Shown here piece by piece: positions 29,200-41,300 of a DNA stretch of 64,000 bases. The stretch covers positions 65,472,001-65,536,000 of the forward strand of contig OZ024746.1 of assembly GCA_964016885.1 (NCBI GenBank), given 5' to 3'. The translations under genes and the position numbers were made by a program. Below the pieces are notes generated by a model. The model worked only from the letters and a program-made list of their open reading frames with translations. It did not search any database and had not been told where the DNA came from. The DNA is from Eledone cirrhosa. Lineage: Eukaryota. Position 1 is the first letter of the stretch. Every line of letters starts with the position of its first letter.

Positions 29200-29695
29200 A
29201 AAACATACTTGGTTGAGATCTTCTGGCGCGATTTTCAAGACTTGAATTTAACCGCAAATAGCATAATTAGTTCTGTCAACTTGATAGAAGCCTTCTTCCT
29301 TAGAATGTCACGTGATATTGCCGTTGATCAGTCACTGCTGCTGTTGCGAACAGACTCCCCCGAAAGGATATTAGGACTAAGACTCCGTTGATAATTCTCC
29401 CTACCACTCCTAGATGCGTGAATTCTCTGGATGTTTTCTGAAATAACACGTAGTATCTGTGCATGGTGTTTTGCATATGCACTCATCAGGTACAGGGTGT
29501 AGTGTTGAAACTACGTGATCCAGGGCACCGATTTATTCTGTTCCGACACAACACCGATTGTTCCACTAAGTAACGTATTGTGTCCACTCTGATATACAGA
29601 TTTGTATTTACAAAATACGAATTCTGTAAAATCTTGGAGTGAATGGCAAACGGTGATATTGGACGGATTCTATTTGCCTGGTTCGTTAAAATCAA
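29200..29695 (-). mobile_element. Possible decayed RLE-type LINE C-terminal remnant
   Basis: Across frameshifts: VLCRN / LDHVVS / AYAKHHAQILRVI, echoing CRLC..ET.DHI.S.C..Y..RHD.V.RVI. Confidence 0.35.
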
Positions 29696-29696
29696 T

Positions 29697-29740
<44 letters not shown>

Positions 29741-29743
<3 letters not shown>

Positions 29744-30081
29744 AAAGGTAAACAGAAATAACAACACAATCGGTACAGTATATTAGGTTAACGCTTGATA
29801 TAGCAGGAAGAGAGTCTTAACGTTTTGGACGCTAGTCCTTCATTAGAAGAAAGAATGAGAAATAAAATAGATTAAGGGGAAGGATGGGATGGAATTGGAA
29901 AAAATGTCTTTAGATGAAAATAACAGGTCCATACATGTTGACATCTCTTGCAAAACCGTTGGTGCTGGCGTTTTGTGTATGATTTATATTTTAGAAAAGT
30001 GGATGATGGAGCGTGTCTACCTAAAATGGAAAAAAAACCCCGTTTTGTAAAAAGAGCTATACTTGAGCACGTGCGTAGGAA

Positions 30082-30127
<46 letters not shown>

Positions 30128-30170
30128 TGTTATTATACGTCCGTACGAAGCTAGGAATAAATGTGTGTGT
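29741..30170 (-). mobile_element. PLE pseudo-LTR fragment with degenerate minimal HHR (29815-29850)
   Basis: Minus strand TCTT-CTAATGA-A-GGAC-TAGC-GTCC-AAAA-CG-TT-AAGA: two G>A changes from CTGATGA/GAAA; tail runs into (TA)n. Confidence 0.55.
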
Positions 30171-30900
30171 ATATGTGAGTAATATATATATAGTGTTCTT
30201 GCTGAAAATTCTTATACGGTTCCTTCAAAAATGATATTCATACAAAGTGAAGACGACGTAAATAACATGGTTGTATTTCAGATATGAAAGTATTCAATTT
30301 AGTTTCGATCTTAAAGTACCTTTGATTATGAAATGAATGAGCTGAGAGCTAACTTCTTTATTCACTTTGCCTTTTTACTATCATATTTACATATATTCAT
30401 GTATAATCTTGCTCATATTTGCCTTGCAAATCTGGGCAGTGAACTATCGTCAGTAAACGAGAATGTGATTAATTCACTGACCGTATGCTGCCATAACCTC
30501 ATATATCACTGATAAATACATTAATATATTTATTGTTACTGAATAATTCTCTTTATTGCTACTAAATCCCCCCACGTTTTTCAAACAATGAAATAGTAAA
30601 TATAGAAATAAAATATACGAAATCTCATTTTGAATTTTACTCACAAAGTTCGAACTATTAAAAGCAGCCATTTTTAGATACTATTATTATCGGCTTTTGT
30701 AAGGTAAATATTGAAACTAAATCAAGCAAAAGATATAAATATTTTAAGCCAATTGTTACGTTATGGGAATCCTGAACCTGACAACAATATGGACATCGTT
30801 TATGTTTGTGTTGAGACATATTGAACCTGTCTGTGTTTAGTCTTTTGTTTTACAGAGAAAGAGAAAATACCCCCGTTATGGTCTATACCTTTTTAGAAAT

Positions 30901-30954
<54 letters not shown>

Positions 30955-31510
30955 ATAATATCTTCCAATGTAGTTATTTTTGTTTTTTCATTGATTTCTC
31001 CTCTTTGAAAACCAATGTTGATAAGTTAGAACTAAATCCATGCCGCACTGCATCTTTTAATTGGATTTATTACCTCCTTGAAACAAAGTCAAGCTGTTAA
31101 TATTAAGAAAGGCATGATTATATAAGATTCTTGTTGACATACCCACTGAGAATGTGGCCATATATAAACCAAAAACGTATTAGCAAATACATAATTGATG
31201 ATATAGTATTGTAAACATACACATTATGTCAAATTTGCAATCTGGTATGATTACATACATCAGAGTAATTCAATCAGTTGCAATCGATTTATGGTTCTGA
31301 AAACATATATATTATTTTATATATCATATGTGTTGCTATATTCAAATTATTGCCTACTTAGAGAGGTTTTGACATTCTCATAACTACATGTTACGGAGAT
31401 TCCAGTTCAGATTGAAATTGCTAGGCACTGTGAATCATAGAAGTCTCCAGCTCACAACATACGCTTTTAATCTACACTTTTATTCCTTCTCAAACTTGGT
31501 TCTAGGTCTA

Positions 31511-31805
<295 letters not shown>

Positions 31806-32249
31806 TGTGTGTGTATGGGAAAGTGTATTCATACTTAAAGCAAATATGATTACATATTTTATAATGTAGTGGGCAATTCTTCACATTCCGATGGATTAAG
31901 TATTAGTTTCGATAGCAAGTAATTGTATTTAAGGTCCATAAGATGAAATCTATTGCAGACTATGCACTTCTGACACAAATGTGCATTTGTCTACTTATTG
32001 TTTAGATACTTTAAATGATACAAAAATTATACACTTCCGTAAGTTATTTCCATTTCCCTTCCTTCTATATAATTCCCAACATTTTCTTCTCCTCTTTTCC
32101 TTTTATACTTTACTTTCTATTCTTGGTCTCATATTTATCTCTTCTTCAAAACCTCCTCGTAAACAATCTTTTTCTCTTCAACTAAAAGGCTAACGATCAA
32201 AGCAAAACACACACATATATATTCCATTCAAGTTTAATACTGATTTTAT

Positions 32250-32691
32250 CAAAGCCTTATTCCTTTATCATCGTATTTGACTATGCACTAAATGTTGCTT
32301 ATGATTATTTTAATGGCTTTACTCTTCAAAAGCATAGAAGCAACATACATCTGCCACAACATAGATATGGAATTAGCTGATGGCATTTTCTTATGTAAAG
32401 ATTCAGTGAACAAGGCAGAACATCTCTTACAAAAGCTAGAAGTTTCTACTCAAGCTAGGGGATTCTTCCTAAATTTCCACAAAACCAAAACCAAATACAA
32501 GACCATCAACTCAAATCAAGCAAAAACACCAAATTATTAAGTAACACTGTTTTCGAAAAAAGTAGATGATTCCAAACACCAACTACTCTAATGATATAAA
32601 GCACAGGAAAGAACAAGCAAGGTCTGCTGTGAATTCGCTAGATGAGGTGTGGAAATCTAACATAACCACAAAAGCAAAGCTACAATGGAAT

Positions 32692-32760
<69 letters not shown>

Positions 32761-33000
32761 AACATTGGGAGAAGAATACTGCATGGTTGCACATGGATTA
32801 CATATTATAAAATTAGTCCCTCATCAGTGATTTGCCAACGATCATTAGTATTTCATCGCACTAAAAATCATATACCTCAGGTTGGTGCGAGCAATAACTA
32901 AAATAAGCTATTGGGACAAGTGAAACGCGTAAAGCGAGTGAGACAAGTAAACAACATAGGAGGAAAAGCTAACCGAAGATGGGAAGAAAAACAAGCAACA
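32250..33000 (+). mobile_element. Old RTE-like LINE RT remnant interrupted by (TA)n
   Basis: PYSFIIVFDYAL...DMELADGIFL...AEHLLQKLE...GFFLNFHKTK...ARSAVNSLDEVWKSNI. Confidence 0.6.
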
Positions 33001-33275
33001 TGGTTATCTGATCAGCATAATCTGGGTAAATATCATGAGCGCTCAGGAAACAGACCTTTCGCTGTGAAGGGGATGTGAGAAAGAAAGAATCCCTCTCCTA
33101 GCGAACGGGAGGAAGTGAGAAGGGCAGAAACAGAGAGTGAGTGAGTGGAAGTGCGAGGAGGAGGTCAGTCGAGAGAAAGTGTTAACTGACAGAGGGGACG
33201 AAAGAAGGTAAGAGAAACAGAGAGAAGAGGGGAGCAGTAAGAGAGAAAGAGAGAAACAGATAATCGCAGTTTAGG

Positions 33276-33313
<38 letters not shown>

Positions 33314-33319
33314 ATGTAT

Positions 33320-33500
33320 CCCGGGTTCGATCGGGGGTAACCACAGTAAGTAAGGTACTCAATACATAGCAGAGTAAAAATATTTAATATACGAATGGCT
33401 TCTACAGGACTAGAACTCTTTCATTCGAAGTGAATCATCAGAAAAGCCCTGATGATTTCTTTCGAATGAAACAGTTCTAGTCCTGTAGAAGCCATCTCTA
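33320..33500 (-). mobile_element. Fold-back element with two inverted HHR-like cores
   Basis: 47-bp arms 33395-33441 / 33449-33495, each reading CTGATGA-short hairpin-GAAA..AGTTCTA-GTC; tail motif ggtactcaataca..agagt shared with the 4705/7021 family. Confidence 0.6.
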
Positions 33501-33504
33501 TAAT

Positions 33505-33597
<93 letters not shown>

Positions 33598-33767
33598 GAG
33601 GGTGAGCATTAAGTCGTTACCTGATTATAAAATACAATATCCCGGTTACTATTTGGGATTTTACTTTTTCATAGTTTTAATTTATAAATTTCACGTTTAA
33701 AGTTATTCTGGCATCTATGTAACAAAAAGCTCATTGTGTTTTTTGTGGTTTCATAGACTTTATGCTC

Positions 33768-33818
<51 letters not shown>

Positions 33819-34235
33819 CCTCTCTCTCTCTCTTATCTCTCCCTCTCTCTCTCTCCCTCTCTTCCTGTATATATGTATATATATTAGAAAAGGGTAGTAA
33901 GGTTCTATACAAAACAGTGGATATAGAGAAAAGATGAATTTGGAAATAGCACGTAAAATATATTTAAGGGTCTGTTTTTTTGTTTTTCTCCTTTCTTTGA
34001 TTCGTCAAAGTGACATTATTTAAAAGATAACATTATTGAAAGAATGAGCTGGACAATTCTTTTTTTTTATACATTATAAAACTTTAAAAAAAAAACGAAT
34101 TGTTCCTCTCATTCTTTCAATAATGTTCTCTTTTCAATAATATCACTTTGACGAATCAAAGAAAGGATAAAAAAAGAACAACATACCCTTAAATATCTTT
34201 TCCGTGCTATTTCCAACTTCACCTTCTCCCCCTCG

Positions 34236-34570
<335 letters not shown>

Positions 34571-34939
34571 GATCCGACTAAATATACCATCAACCACACA
34601 TAATTAGTAGTAAAATTAAACTTAGAAGAAATGCGCACATACCGTAATTATATCTCTACCATGGTTTCTTCCTTATTTAGGACTTCCAAATAATATGGAT
34701 GCTCAGAGTTAGGTTTCATCAGGAGATAAACTCAAAATTAGACATCTAGTTTTTCTAATCGATCGCGCCAAATTTAGATTAAAAAATGGCTAAAATCGCT
34801 ATGTAGCTCTGTTCCAGCCAGAGAGAAAGAGTGTGATTGGTTGCTTACGGAGGGTAGGCTTGCTGCTAGAAAGCGCAGCCATATATCGCCAAATTTAATC
34901 TCAACCAATTGGGAGATTATTAATATATATATATATATC

Positions 34940-35022
34940 AGATTGGTGGTACTCGATACCTGGGGTAGTAGAGTGCTATGGAAACGGCCGAGCTCAGCCG
35001 TCGGCGTCCGGAATATTTTCAT
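34940..35022. mobile_element. Short rearranged copy of the 4705/7021 fold-back family
   Basis: ggtactcgatacctggggtagtagagtg joined to gaaacggccgagctcagccgtcgg; inside (TA)n. Confidence 0.65.
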
Positions 35023-35032
35023 ATATATATAC

Positions 35033-35077
<45 letters not shown>

Positions 35078-35199
35078 AACACACCGAGCATTATAATAAA
35101 TGTTCGGTGAATCCATACGTACATATATATATGTGTGCATGTATGTATATATGTGTGCATGTATGTATGTTTACATACATACATATTATATATATACAT

Positions 35200-35268
<69 letters not shown>

Positions 35269-35343
35269 AGCAGACACACACATATATATATATATGTCTG
35301 CTCCTATATTGTTGAGCGCTTTACATTATAACTGAAAAAATGG

Positions 35344-35377
<34 letters not shown>

Positions 35378-35476
35378 CAAACACACCGAGCATTATAATA
35401 AATGTTCGGTGAATCCATACGTACATATATATGTGTGTGCATGTATGTATGGATACATACATACATATATATATAT

Positions 35477-35598
<122 letters not shown>

Positions 35599-36275
35599 TT
35601 GTGTGTGAACAAAAGGATGTGGCGAAGGTCAGATACTTGAAATTCGGAGCAAAATGAACAATCGAAACAGCTGGGCGTTGCGGGTCAAACGATTTCTGTG
35701 ACATACAGACTAACTCTTACTCCACTATTCCATTCCACCAATAGCTACCAAAGTCTTGTGAGTGACAAGTAGATGGGGTTAAAATAAGTATATACAATTA
35801 CATTGGACTCCTTGATTTACTATAAAACACAATGAAAACAAAACAGAACAGAATTTTGTGACAAAAGTAAGCGTAAGGGAAATGAAAAAAGTAAAATATT
35901 TATAACGTTTGTCCTTTAAATGAAAGGGAACAGAGGTAGTAGAGAGAGAAACGAAACGAAGAAAATTGTTCGGTGGTGATGTGAAGGTACAGAAAATCAA
36001 ATGAAAGTTAAAAACAAGACAGTCATTATCCCATCTTGAAAAATTCTTACATTTATCTTTGTCGTCTCGGCTTCATTTACTTCAATCAGAAGTAGCAGAT
36101 ACGGCTTGCTACTGGTTCCCTGTTGAGAGTAATATTAACCGAAATTATTTTAACACCCAGTGGACAGCTGATGTTTTCGTTTATCCGTTTCGCTTCAGTA
36201 TAACGGTGTCTGTTTTCTACCCGCCCCCTGTGCTCACAATTTCTCTATATATTTGTTATTAAACGACACAAAACT

Positions 36276-36337
<62 letters not shown>

Positions 36338-36376
36338 AAGAAAATATAGAAATATATATAACATATATGGGTATTC

Positions 36377-36407
<31 letters not shown>

Positions 36408-36536
36408 TATATTAATATATATATATGTCTGTGTGTGTGTGTGTGTATAAACATATCTACGCACGGGCAGGCATTCACACACAAACATACATACATACAC
36501 AAACACGCACAAACACGCACACAGACACACACACAC

Positions 36537-36617
<81 letters not shown>

Positions 36618-36982
36618 TAGATAAGCACAGATTATATGTAATAGGATTTTGAAAAGAACAGTGAAGCAGAAAAATAGATCGATGTTTTTATAGTAAGTGT
36701 TGTCAGAAGCATTGAAATGTAACTTAATTTGGCAGGACACCAGAGTATGTTCAGTAAAAACAAGATTAAATAATGTGACAAATCTTATTAAGTGTTTCAG
36801 GAAATTCATCTATACACACACGATTTGAAACCTTTATTTTTCATTAAAATTATGCCACTTCGTCCTTCAAGGCTGTAACAAATAAAACACAAAAAGGATG
36901 AAAAGTTGAGCTATTTTTGGTGTGATTTCAACTCAGAACGCAGAGCAACAACAACAACAATAACAACAACATCTACAATAAT

Positions 36983-37378
36983 CGTTTCTACTTTTGGCAC
37001 GAGGCCAGCAATTATCCCAGTGTATTACTGGTACTTTATTTTATCGACCCCGTAAGGATGAAAGGCAAAGTTAACCTCGGCGGGATTTGAACTCAGATCA
37101 CAAAGGGACGTAACTCTATGCCTCAAAGCATGGTGTCCGACTCTCTACCGATACTGCCAATCCACCGCCTCAACGACATCTACAATAATGGTTTTTTGGG
37201 GGAAAGGAAAGTAGATTAAATCGACCCCAGTGCATTACTGGTGCTTTATTTTATCGATCTCGTAAGGATGAAGGGCAAAGCTTAACCTCGGCGGGATTTG
37301 AACTCAGAATGTAAATGGCCGTAACTCTATGCTCCAAAAGCATGGTGTCTGACGCTCTGCCGATACTGCCAATCGACC
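36983..37378 (-). mobile_element. Two SINE copies (36983-37170 with TSD; 37195-37378)
   Basis: SINE consensus; TSD acatctacaataat at 36969-36982 and 37176-37189. Confidence 0.85.
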
Positions 37379-37382
37379 GATG

Positions 37383-37770
37383 TCTTTATTTACCACAAGG
37401 ACCAAAATATAGGGGACAATACAAAAGACATGGACAATGAAGCGGGGCGGGGAGGTTACAGAAAAATCAAGTAAAAGTTAATATACAACAAAATATATAA
37501 TAATGAAAATTCCTCAATAGGGTGGGGATTACCACCAAAGACTGACTTAGAAACCCCACTAATCCTAAACCAACCTACTCTCCAAGAGCATCACAGAAGA
37601 ATATCTCTCTCCTCTCCAAACTATTCAGGCTACTGGTGTATACTCAGTATATGCCCATTCATTTTGGCAACTCTCGTTATATTCACCCAGCCCCCTGAAA
37701 ATGCACTTTCCCTCACCTCCCTCACCTTTCTTTCCGAGGGGAACATGAGAATGTTCATGAGACCATGGCA
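37383..37770 (-). mobile_element. 3' end of an L1/Tx1-like LINE related to 5439-5830
   Basis: AFSGGWVNITRVAKMNGHILSI resembles KFYKRWVVNVTKMARVVGPSLYI; terminus tgtcccct....ccttgtggtaaataaaga matches 5443-5480. Confidence 0.65.
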
Positions 37771-37774
37771 GCAA

Positions 37775-38245
37775 GGAAACTAGGGAGAGCAAAGAGAGTA
37801 AGGAGAGAAAGGAGAGTGAGGAGAGGAGGAGAGTGAGGAGAGTGAGGAGAGTGAGGAGAGTGAGGAGAGTGAGGAGAGTAAGTAGAGCAAGGAGAGGAAG
37901 GAGAGGAAGGAGAGGAAGGAGAGGAAGGAGAGGAAGGAGAGGAAGGTGAGCTAGAGAGTAAGGAGAATAAGCAGAGCACGAGAGTAACGAGATCAAGGAG
38001 AGTAAAGGGAGAAAGTAGAGTAAGGTGAGCAAGAGAGTAAGGAGAGCAAGGAGAGAAAGGGGAGTAAGGAGAGTAAGGAGAGTAAGGAGAGTGAGGAGAG
38101 TAAGGATACTAAGGAGAGGAAGGAGAGGAAGGTGAGGAAGGAGAGGAAGGAGAGGAAGGAGAGGAATGTGAGGAAGGAGAGGATGGAGAAGAAGGAGAGC
38201 AAGGAGAACACGAGAGTAAGGAGAGTAAGGAGAGCAAGTAGAGTA
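37775..38245. repeat. Purine-rich degenerate 9-bp minisatellite (GGAGAGTGA / GGAGAGGAA / GGAGAGTAA)
   Basis: Directly visible; accounts for the Leu/Pro-rich ORF 37625-38314. Confidence 0.9.
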
Positions 38246-38338
38246 AGCCCTCCGTACTCTCATTGCCCTCCTTTCTCTCGTTGCTTCACTTGTTTTCCTT
38301 GCACGCTGGTACATCTTCCTCCTACTCTAGAATTCCCC

Positions 38339-38398
<60 letters not shown>

Positions 38399-38399
<1 letters not shown>

Positions 38400-41300
38400 C
38401 TCACCAACACCAGAAACTAGATACACCACCCACCCCATCATCTGTGTACACTAAACACAACAGCCAGATAACGACACATTTTCACCTTCACCGCCACCGC
38501 TCACTACGGCCATCATTACCACCACTATCCCATCACCGCCGCCACCACCCCTTGACTCCGCTACAGCACCATCACTACAGTAATACGGTCACATCACCGC
38601 CACCACTGCCTCGGTATCGACATCACCACCACCACTGTCTTAGTATCGCTAACGCCGCCAGTCTCCCACTTCCCTGCTGGCTGCTACTTCCAGATTATAG
38701 AATTCCTACTACTAACAAAGAGGAAGGCATCAAAATATATAGATAGACCCAAAAGAAAAAAGAAAAAACAAACAACAAAACCAAAGCAGCACAGCAACAA
38801 CAGCAAAAACGAGAAAAACAAACAGAGAAAAACAAAAACAAAAAAAAAAAGAAACCCCCAAAACGTAAAGAAAATAAGAATGAAGAGAGAAGCAGACGGA
38901 CGGACAGAGAAGAGGGGGGAAAAAGTAAAACTTAAAAAACTAAAACTAAGTCAGACATTCGAACACTACATTACAATGAAACTTATGCTTATTCATTTCT
39001 GGGGCCCTTTCTGCCTGTGTGTTTGTTTGTTTATGTGTGTTCGTATACAGCGTGGTGATAATGCCACACAAGGGCCAAGTGGGATGGCGGATCCACAGAT
39101 GGCTATGTAAACATACATTCGCCAATCCTCGATAAGAGTGTTTAAATATCGAACATAAACAGTTCGAATAACGGTGAAATGGAGACTAGAACGTCATGTG
39201 ACAGACTCTCACCCAACAGGTGCCCCCTGGCTCAGCAGCAGGAACCTGACTGTCAACCAAATACTGCTGATGTTGGAGGAAGGAGAAGAAGGAAAGGGGC
39301 CAGAACCAACTGGACGAAAGAATTGAATAGAACTGTTATGCAATGCTACCTGAAAAGTAACCCCAAGGAGAGGGGCTACAGGAGACGGATGCATAACATC
39401 TGGAACGAGATTGGTTTATTTAAATTAGATGAACAAAAATTGGCCGGGCAGGCTCGGGTAATAAGAACTAATGGGTGGATAAGCGAGCTGGAACTGGAGG
39501 AACTGAGCAGAGAGAATGGCTTGGAGATGGCGGGTGTAGTATGCCAGACAAGCGAGCCGGTGGGAAATGAAGGTGAGGAGGTCCTGAGAACGGAGGAACC
39601 ACCCGAAGCAGACAATGATCTGAGTACTGAGATAAATAATACCTGGAACAGAGATACGGCCACTGAGGAGATGAATGCTGACGGGCTAGGACAAGATTCG
39701 GTTGACATCCTAAATTTAGTGGTAGATGAATTGAACAATGAGAGTGGGAGACCTATGAACCTAAGATTTGTAGACAGGAAAAAGTTAAAAGAAACAACAG
39801 CTAAGGTAAACAAAGTCATCCCATACCTTGAGGCGAGGAGCCTTCACCAGTGCAACAATATCCTCAGAGCAACAGCAAATACGGTAAGGAAACTACTTGG
39901 TATAAAAGCGAGAGGAAACAACAGACAAGAAAGAGCAGAGCCGTGGTGGAAGAAGCGACTGAGTGGGCAAATCGGGGAAATGAGAAATGACATAGGAAAG
40001 CTTGAGTCACTACTGAATGGGACACTAAAAAAAAAAGGCACTAAAAATAGACTGGAAATAAAATACAAAACTAGGAGTAAAAAGCTAAATATTATCATAG
40101 AGGAATTGAAGCAACGCATTGTAGCAAAGAGTGCAAAAATCAGGCGATACGAGAACAGAGTCAGTCAGTATAAACAGAACCGCATGTTCGACAACAACCA
40201 GAAGATGCTGTTTGGACAGCTTGAGGGCAAAGAAAGAGGCAACGACTTGATCCCTGGGGCGGAGCAAACTAAAATATTCTGGAGAGGAATATGGGAGCAG
40301 GATGTTAGACACAATGCCCAGGCAGGGTGGATTGAGACAGTACAGAGGGAGATCGGTGAGCAGGCACAGCAACAGACTGATTTGAGTATCACAGTTGAAA
40401 CTCTTAAGGGGCAAGCCAAAAAACTAACCAACTGGAAATCACCAGGCCCAGATGGTGTGCAGGGGTATTGGATTAAACAACTAACATCCCTCCACCCGAA
40501 ACTGACGGCCATGTTCAATGACTGCTTGGTGTCGGGTGAGGTGCCAGAGTGGTTGACAAAAGGTACCACAGTTCTGATAATGAAAGACCGAATCAAGGGT
40601 AATGATGCTACCAACTATAGACCTATCACATGTCTGCCCGTAATGTGGAAACTGTTGACGAGCATTGTGTCTGAGGAAATCTACCATCACCTCCACACAA
40701 ACAACTTGTTACCGGACGAACAGAAAGGATGCCGAAAGAAGTCACGTGGTACAAAGGACCAGTTGCTTATTGATAAGATGGTAATGGGGAATTGCAGGAG
40801 GAGACACACTGATCTTGCCATGGGATGGATAGACTACAGAAAGGCATTTGACATGGTGCCTCATTCTTGGATCACCAAAAGCCTGGAGATCTTCAGGGTG
40901 GCAGATAACATCAGACAGTTGCTAGGCAGGAGTATGGGGTCCTGGGAGACAGAGTTGACATCAACTGGAGTATCCTTGGGAAGCGTGAAGATCAAGAGAG
41001 GTATCTTCCAGGGAGATAGCCTGTCCCCTCTGTTGTTTGTCCTTGCCCTGATGCCCTTGACCATTATGCTGCGAAAAGTGAGAGCAGGATACAAGTTGGG
41101 AAGGGGAGAGCTTACCATCAATCACCTCCTCTTCATGGACGATCTTAAGCTCTTCGGGAAAAGTGAGAAGGAGTTGGATGTGCTTGTTGACACTGTCCGT
41201 ATTTTCAGCAGTGATATATGTATGCAGTTTGGTATTGGTAAATGTGGAGTCATTGTGATGAAGAGGGGTAGGTTGAGCAGAAGTAACGGGATCCAGATAC

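Noticed and set aside
29455-29492. HHR at minus-strand CTGATGA-GTGCAT...ATGCAC
   Set aside because: No GAAA after the stem and no stem I; better explained as decayed LINE coding sequence.
37625-38314. 229-aa Leu/Pro-rich ORF resembling a membrane or repeat protein
   Set aside because: Product of a 9-bp pyrimidine minisatellite joined to a LINE fragment in a different frame.
39040-39178. HDV-like ribozyme in the Dong 5' UTR
   Set aside because: A tcctcg motif is present but I could not build the P1/P2/P3 nested pseudoknot by eye; needs a motif search.
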